In this document: piece after piece, positions 60,039-64,000 of the stretch
Layout of the letters: every line of letters starts with the position of its first letter
Position numbering within the stretch: the first letter of the stretch is position 1
Origin: Squalus acanthias
Taxonomy: Eukaryota
Assembly: GCA_030390025.1 (NCBI GenBank)
Contig: CM059432.1
Coordinates: 7,502,001-7,566,000, forward strand
Direction of reading: 5' to 3'
DNA length: 64,000 nucleotides
Program-made: the position numbers and the translations under genes
The notes under the pieces: model-generated
Seen by the model: the letters and a program-made list of their open reading frames with translations, nothing else
What the model was told of the DNA's origin: nothing
Database searches by the model: none

Positions 60039-61153
60039 TTCCTCCCCTCCCCCCCCCCCTTTCCCTGCCTCTGTACTTCCTTAAAACCTGTTATATCCCT
60101 AACTTTTTCCAGTTCTGACGAAGGGTCACAGACCCTGAAACGTTGACTCTGTTTCTCTCTCCACAGATGCTGCCTGACCTGCTGAGTGTTTCCAGCATTT
60201 TCTGTTGTTATTGAAGGAAAATGGACCCGCCCGTGCAGCCGTGAGTCTGCAGACCAGTGACGAATCAATCCAGCTCTTCACCTCCTCTTTGACGGCTGTT
60301 GAAGTTGAGGTGGTGCCGCACGAGATGGGAGCTTTCCTCCGTGCCACTCTACCGCACCGTGCATACAGGTCAGCGCTGCAACACGTCTGCAAGAGGCGAG
60401 GTTTCAGGCCACACCTGACCCTTACTGTCCTTGCACATGAGCAAGCTCCATGCTGCGTGGCAGCTGCTGGTGTTCCAGAAGCAGATGGGAGAGTTTGGCA
60501 TCTTCCCCTCTCCCTTTTCCTCATGCAACAGGAAGAAGTTGTATTTATGTAGCCCCCTTTTCATGGCCTCAAAGCGCTTGAAGCATAGTCAGTGTTGTGA
60601 TGTAGGGAAACGCGGCAGCCAATTTGCACACGGCAAGGTCCTACAAACAGCACTGTATTAACGACCAGATCATCTGCTTTTAGTGATGTTGGTTGAGGGA
60701 TAAATATTGGCCCCGGGAAATCGGGGATAACTCCCCTGCTCTTCTTCGAAATAGAGCAGTGGGATCTTTCAGTTCCACCTGAGAGGGCAGACGGGGCCTC
60801 GGTTTAATGTGGCACCTCTAGGACAGCTAGACCTGCCTGGCATCCTTGTGCTAGTCCCCTTTTCCTCCGGGCATGTCAGTACGAAGGATTCTTGGTGACA
60901 ACGTCTCTGCTACACATAAAGGAGCTCGGGCCAAAATTAAATAAATAAATAACAGCAACTGTCACAAAGACTTATAAAAGCCTAAGTAGAGCGAGGTGGA
61001 AATAAAATACAAGAGGGCCTGTAAAAGGCCTAATGCACTCATCTTTAAAGTGTTTGGACCTTTTAAAGGCGCTCCTGCCCACAGGTCTTCCCGAGGCAAT
61101 GTTCCTGCCAGGATTCACTGATCATGTTAGAGTCTTGAGGGTAGAAATTCGTC

Positions 61154-61580
61154 ATAAGAACATAAGAACATAAGAAATAGGAGCAGGAGTCGGCCAATCG
61201 GCCCCTCGGGCCTGCTCCGCCATTCAATAAGATCATGGCTGATCTGATCCTAACCTCAAATCTAAAGAACACAAGAAGTAGGAGCAGGACCCGGCCACTC
61301 AGCCCCTGGGCCCGCTCCGCCACCCACAGTGCCTCGACCGATCCGAACTCAGCCTCATGTCCAATTTACTGCCCGCTCACCGTAACCCCTAATTCCCTTT
61401 ACCTCTAGGAAACTGTCTATTTCTGTTTTAAATTTATTTAATGATGTAGCTTCCACAGCTTCCTGGGGCAGCAAATTCCACAGACCCACTACCCTCTGAG
61501 TGAAGAAGTTTCTCCTCATCTCAGTTTTGAAAGAGCAGCCCCTTATTCTAAGATTATGCCCCCTAGTTCTAGTTTCACCC
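61154..61580 (-). mobile_element. CR1 3' end with duplicated 3' UTR (relative of 44007-46045)
   Basis: Outer module 61154-61250, inner module 61264-61345, then ORF2 terminus. Confidence 0.88.
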
Positions 61581-61617
61581 TTCCTTGGGCGGTATTGTAT
61601 CTGCTGCCTGTTATCGA

Positions 61618-62280
61618 CTAGATTGATTCCTGGGATGAGAGGGTTGTCCTATGAGGAGAGATTGAGTAGAACGGGCCTATAGGTGTCCTGGGCCAATATT
61701 TATCCCTCAACCAACATAACAAAAACAGATTATCCGGCCATTATCACATTGCTGTCTGTGGGAGCTTGCTGTGCGCAAATTGGCTGCCGCGTTTCCCACA
61801 TTACAACAGTGACTCCACTTCAAAAGTACTTCATTGGCTGTCAAGCGCTTTGAGACGTCCGGTGGTCATGAAAGGCGCTATATAAATGCAAGACTTTCTT
61901 TTTTACTCTCTGGAGTTTAGAAGAATGAGAGGGGATCTCATTGAAATGTATAAAATCCTTAGAGGGCTTGACAGGGAAGATACCGCGAGGTTGTTTCCCC
62001 TGGGTGGCGAGCCTAGAACTAGGGGTCACAGCCTCAGGATAAGGGGTTGGCCATTGAGGACTGAGATGAGGAGAAATTTCTTCACTGAGGGTTGTGAATC
62101 TTTGGAATTCTCTACCCCAGAGGGTTGCGGATGCTCAGTCATTGAGTATATTCAAGGCTGAGATAGATAGATTTTTGGACTCTAGGGGAATCGAGGGATA
62201 TGGGGATCGGGCGGGATGATCAGCCATGATCTTATTGAATGGCGGAGCAGGCTCGAAGGGCCGAATTGTTATGTTCTTAT
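61618..62280 (+). mobile_element. CR1 3' portion interrupted by a Deu SINE 3' half (61682-61902)
   Basis: LIPGMRGLSYEERLSRTGL|YSLEFRRMRGDLIE rejoins across the SINE. Confidence 0.85.
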
Positions 62281-62852
62281 ACTTCCCCCGCCCCCCCATA
62301 ATATTCAGGTCCATTGCGTTGAATAGAACTGATTTCTGGCATATTTCCTGTCTCCAAATTTCCCTTATGTTACCCTAGGTTACTCAGGACTTTCAAAGAT
62401 GGGCAGAGTGGGCCTGGGTCTGAGAAGATAAAATGGCTTTATTTCAGAATTTCAGCACTCATGGTTTTTCTTCATTATAATGATATCTGTAATAACAGAA
62501 TTCCACTGAGGGTCAAATATATGCAAGAATACAACAATAAGTAGCTGAGCCACTTACAGAATGTATCAGCCTTAAACATTTATGAATTTCCCTCCCCCCC
62601 CTTTGGTATTGCAAATAAAAATGCTGCACCAAACTAGCTTCTCCTTTCCATGCACACTGATCCTTCAATGTGCACCAGGTAGATATGGCAGAAACCCACT
62701 GGAAGGCAAAGTAATTAGTAAATATTCCAGCTTTGTCCTCGGCCGCAAGGACATCTGCGACCAACCTGTGCAGTATGCAAGGCGCAGCCAGTGGTAGTCA
62801 CGGTCACCACAGCCCTCAAAACCTACGCCTCTCGCTTGCTCCAAATTTGCAA

Positions 62853-63305
62853 TGCTCAGTGGGTAGCACCCTCGTCTCTGAGCCAGAAGGTTGTGGGTTC
62901 ACGGTCCCCACTCCAGAGACTTGAGCACATAATCCAAGCTGGCACTCCCAATACAGTGCTGAGGGAGTGCTGCACTGTCGGAGGTGCCATATTTCGGACG
63001 AGACGTTAAACCATCTGCCCTCACGGGTGGATGTAAAAGATCCCACGGCCACTATTTCAAAAAAGAGCAAGGGAGTTCTCCCCGGTGTCCTGGGCTAATA
63101 TTTATCCCGCAACCAAGATCACTAAAAACAGATTATCTGGTCATTATCACATTGCTGTTTGTGGGAGCTTGCTGAGTACGAACTGGCTCCCGCATTTCCT
63201 ACATTACAGCAGTGACTACACTTCAAAAGTACTCAATTGGCTGTAAAGCGCTTTGGGACATCCGGAGGTTGTGAAAGGCGCTCTATAAATGCAAGTCTTT
63301 TTTTT
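62853..63305 (+). mobile_element. Full-length Deu-domain SINE (another partial copy at 60533-60820, minus)
   Basis: Head, body and tail match consensus. Confidence 0.9.
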
Positions 63306-64000
63306 TCCATACACATTCCGGCACGGACTCGATGGCCTCCTTCTGTGCCGTTATGACTCTATGACATGGATCCTTTTCACTTAAATGTGGACCCACTGAA
63401 AGAGTAAAGTTTTTGCAATTAGCAATATTTCAGCTTAGTCATCTGCTGCAAGGCCACCGACAACCAACCTGTAAAGTAGGCAAAGCACGGCCAGTGGTAG
63501 TCGAGGTCACCGCAGCTCTCTGGCTCGTTCCAGGTTTACAATGCTGCATCGGCTACCCTGGCCTTCCCCACCCAAGGCCACTCGAGTTATCTTGAGTGGA
63601 GAACTTAGGCGTCCGTCTTCACTGCTCTCTCTCTCTCTCTCTCTATTTTACTGCTGTCAGCAAATTTGACAAGCCTGCATTTGGTTTCAGTATCCAAGTC
63701 ATAAACTGGGATCTACGCCCTGTGAGGGCTGCAGGACTCAGTTCAACACCTTCCCCAGCAATAAGGTGCAAACACGGCAACCTGGCAAAGGAGCAAAAGC
63801 TGACAGCTCCAAAGAGCTCTGAATATAGGCCAATGAAAAATGAAGACTAATTGTTCAGTGGGACATGGATTGGCCATCATGGATGCTGCAGGTATACACA
63901 ACATTGCATCGCATTTATTGCAGTGCGTAGAAGCACAGTTAGCATCAGCGACGATTAGAAATGACAGAAGGAGGCTCTGAGACACAGTGTCAGCTGCGGC

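Larger units (their letters stand above)
57043..60203 (+). mobile_element. Penelope family 1 3' fragment (57043-57360 + 60039-60203) split by an LTR; hammerhead at 60111-60148
   Basis: Matches 21683-22235; AGTT-CTGACGA-AGGGTC-ACA-GACCCT-GAAA-CGTT-GACT. Confidence 0.85.

Noticed and set aside
1..64000. CRISPR array, prokaryotic operon or viral genes
   Set aside because: No repeat-spacer periodicity or gene-dense segment; recurring sequences are dispersed vertebrate TEs.

Overview
Repeat-dense eukaryotic DNA, most likely an intron or intergenic stretch of a cartilaginous fish (shark-like). This is inferred from abundant HER1/CR1-type LINEs, L2 LINEs and SacSINE1-like Deu-domain tRNA SINEs. I recognise no host protein-coding gene, rRNA, true tRNA or CRISPR array; almost every ORF is transposon-derived, antisense to a transposon, or a simple-repeat artefact. 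Highlights: (1) a ~2 kb TSD-flanked, polyadenylated Tx1/L1-type element with a zinc-knuckle ORF1 and only a 38-codon ORF2 remnant coupled by an ATGA overlap, inserted in the tRNA A-box region of a SINE. (2) Two Penelope-like families supplying about ten minimal hammerhead-ribozyme motifs, including three ~210-230 bp TSD-flanked hairpin mini-elements. (3) A young CR1 lineage with a tandemly duplicated 3' UTR whose inner copy is strongly A-to-G skewed on the RNA strand. (4) Several PIF/Harbinger-type non-autonomous elements with 3-bp TSDs plus a probable Harbinger Myb/SANT-ORF relic. (5) Two long solo LTRs. (6) Multi-level TE nesting. Boundaries were read by eye: exact where a TSD/TIR is quoted, otherwise approximate. 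Family names come from recalled consensus features, not database searches.
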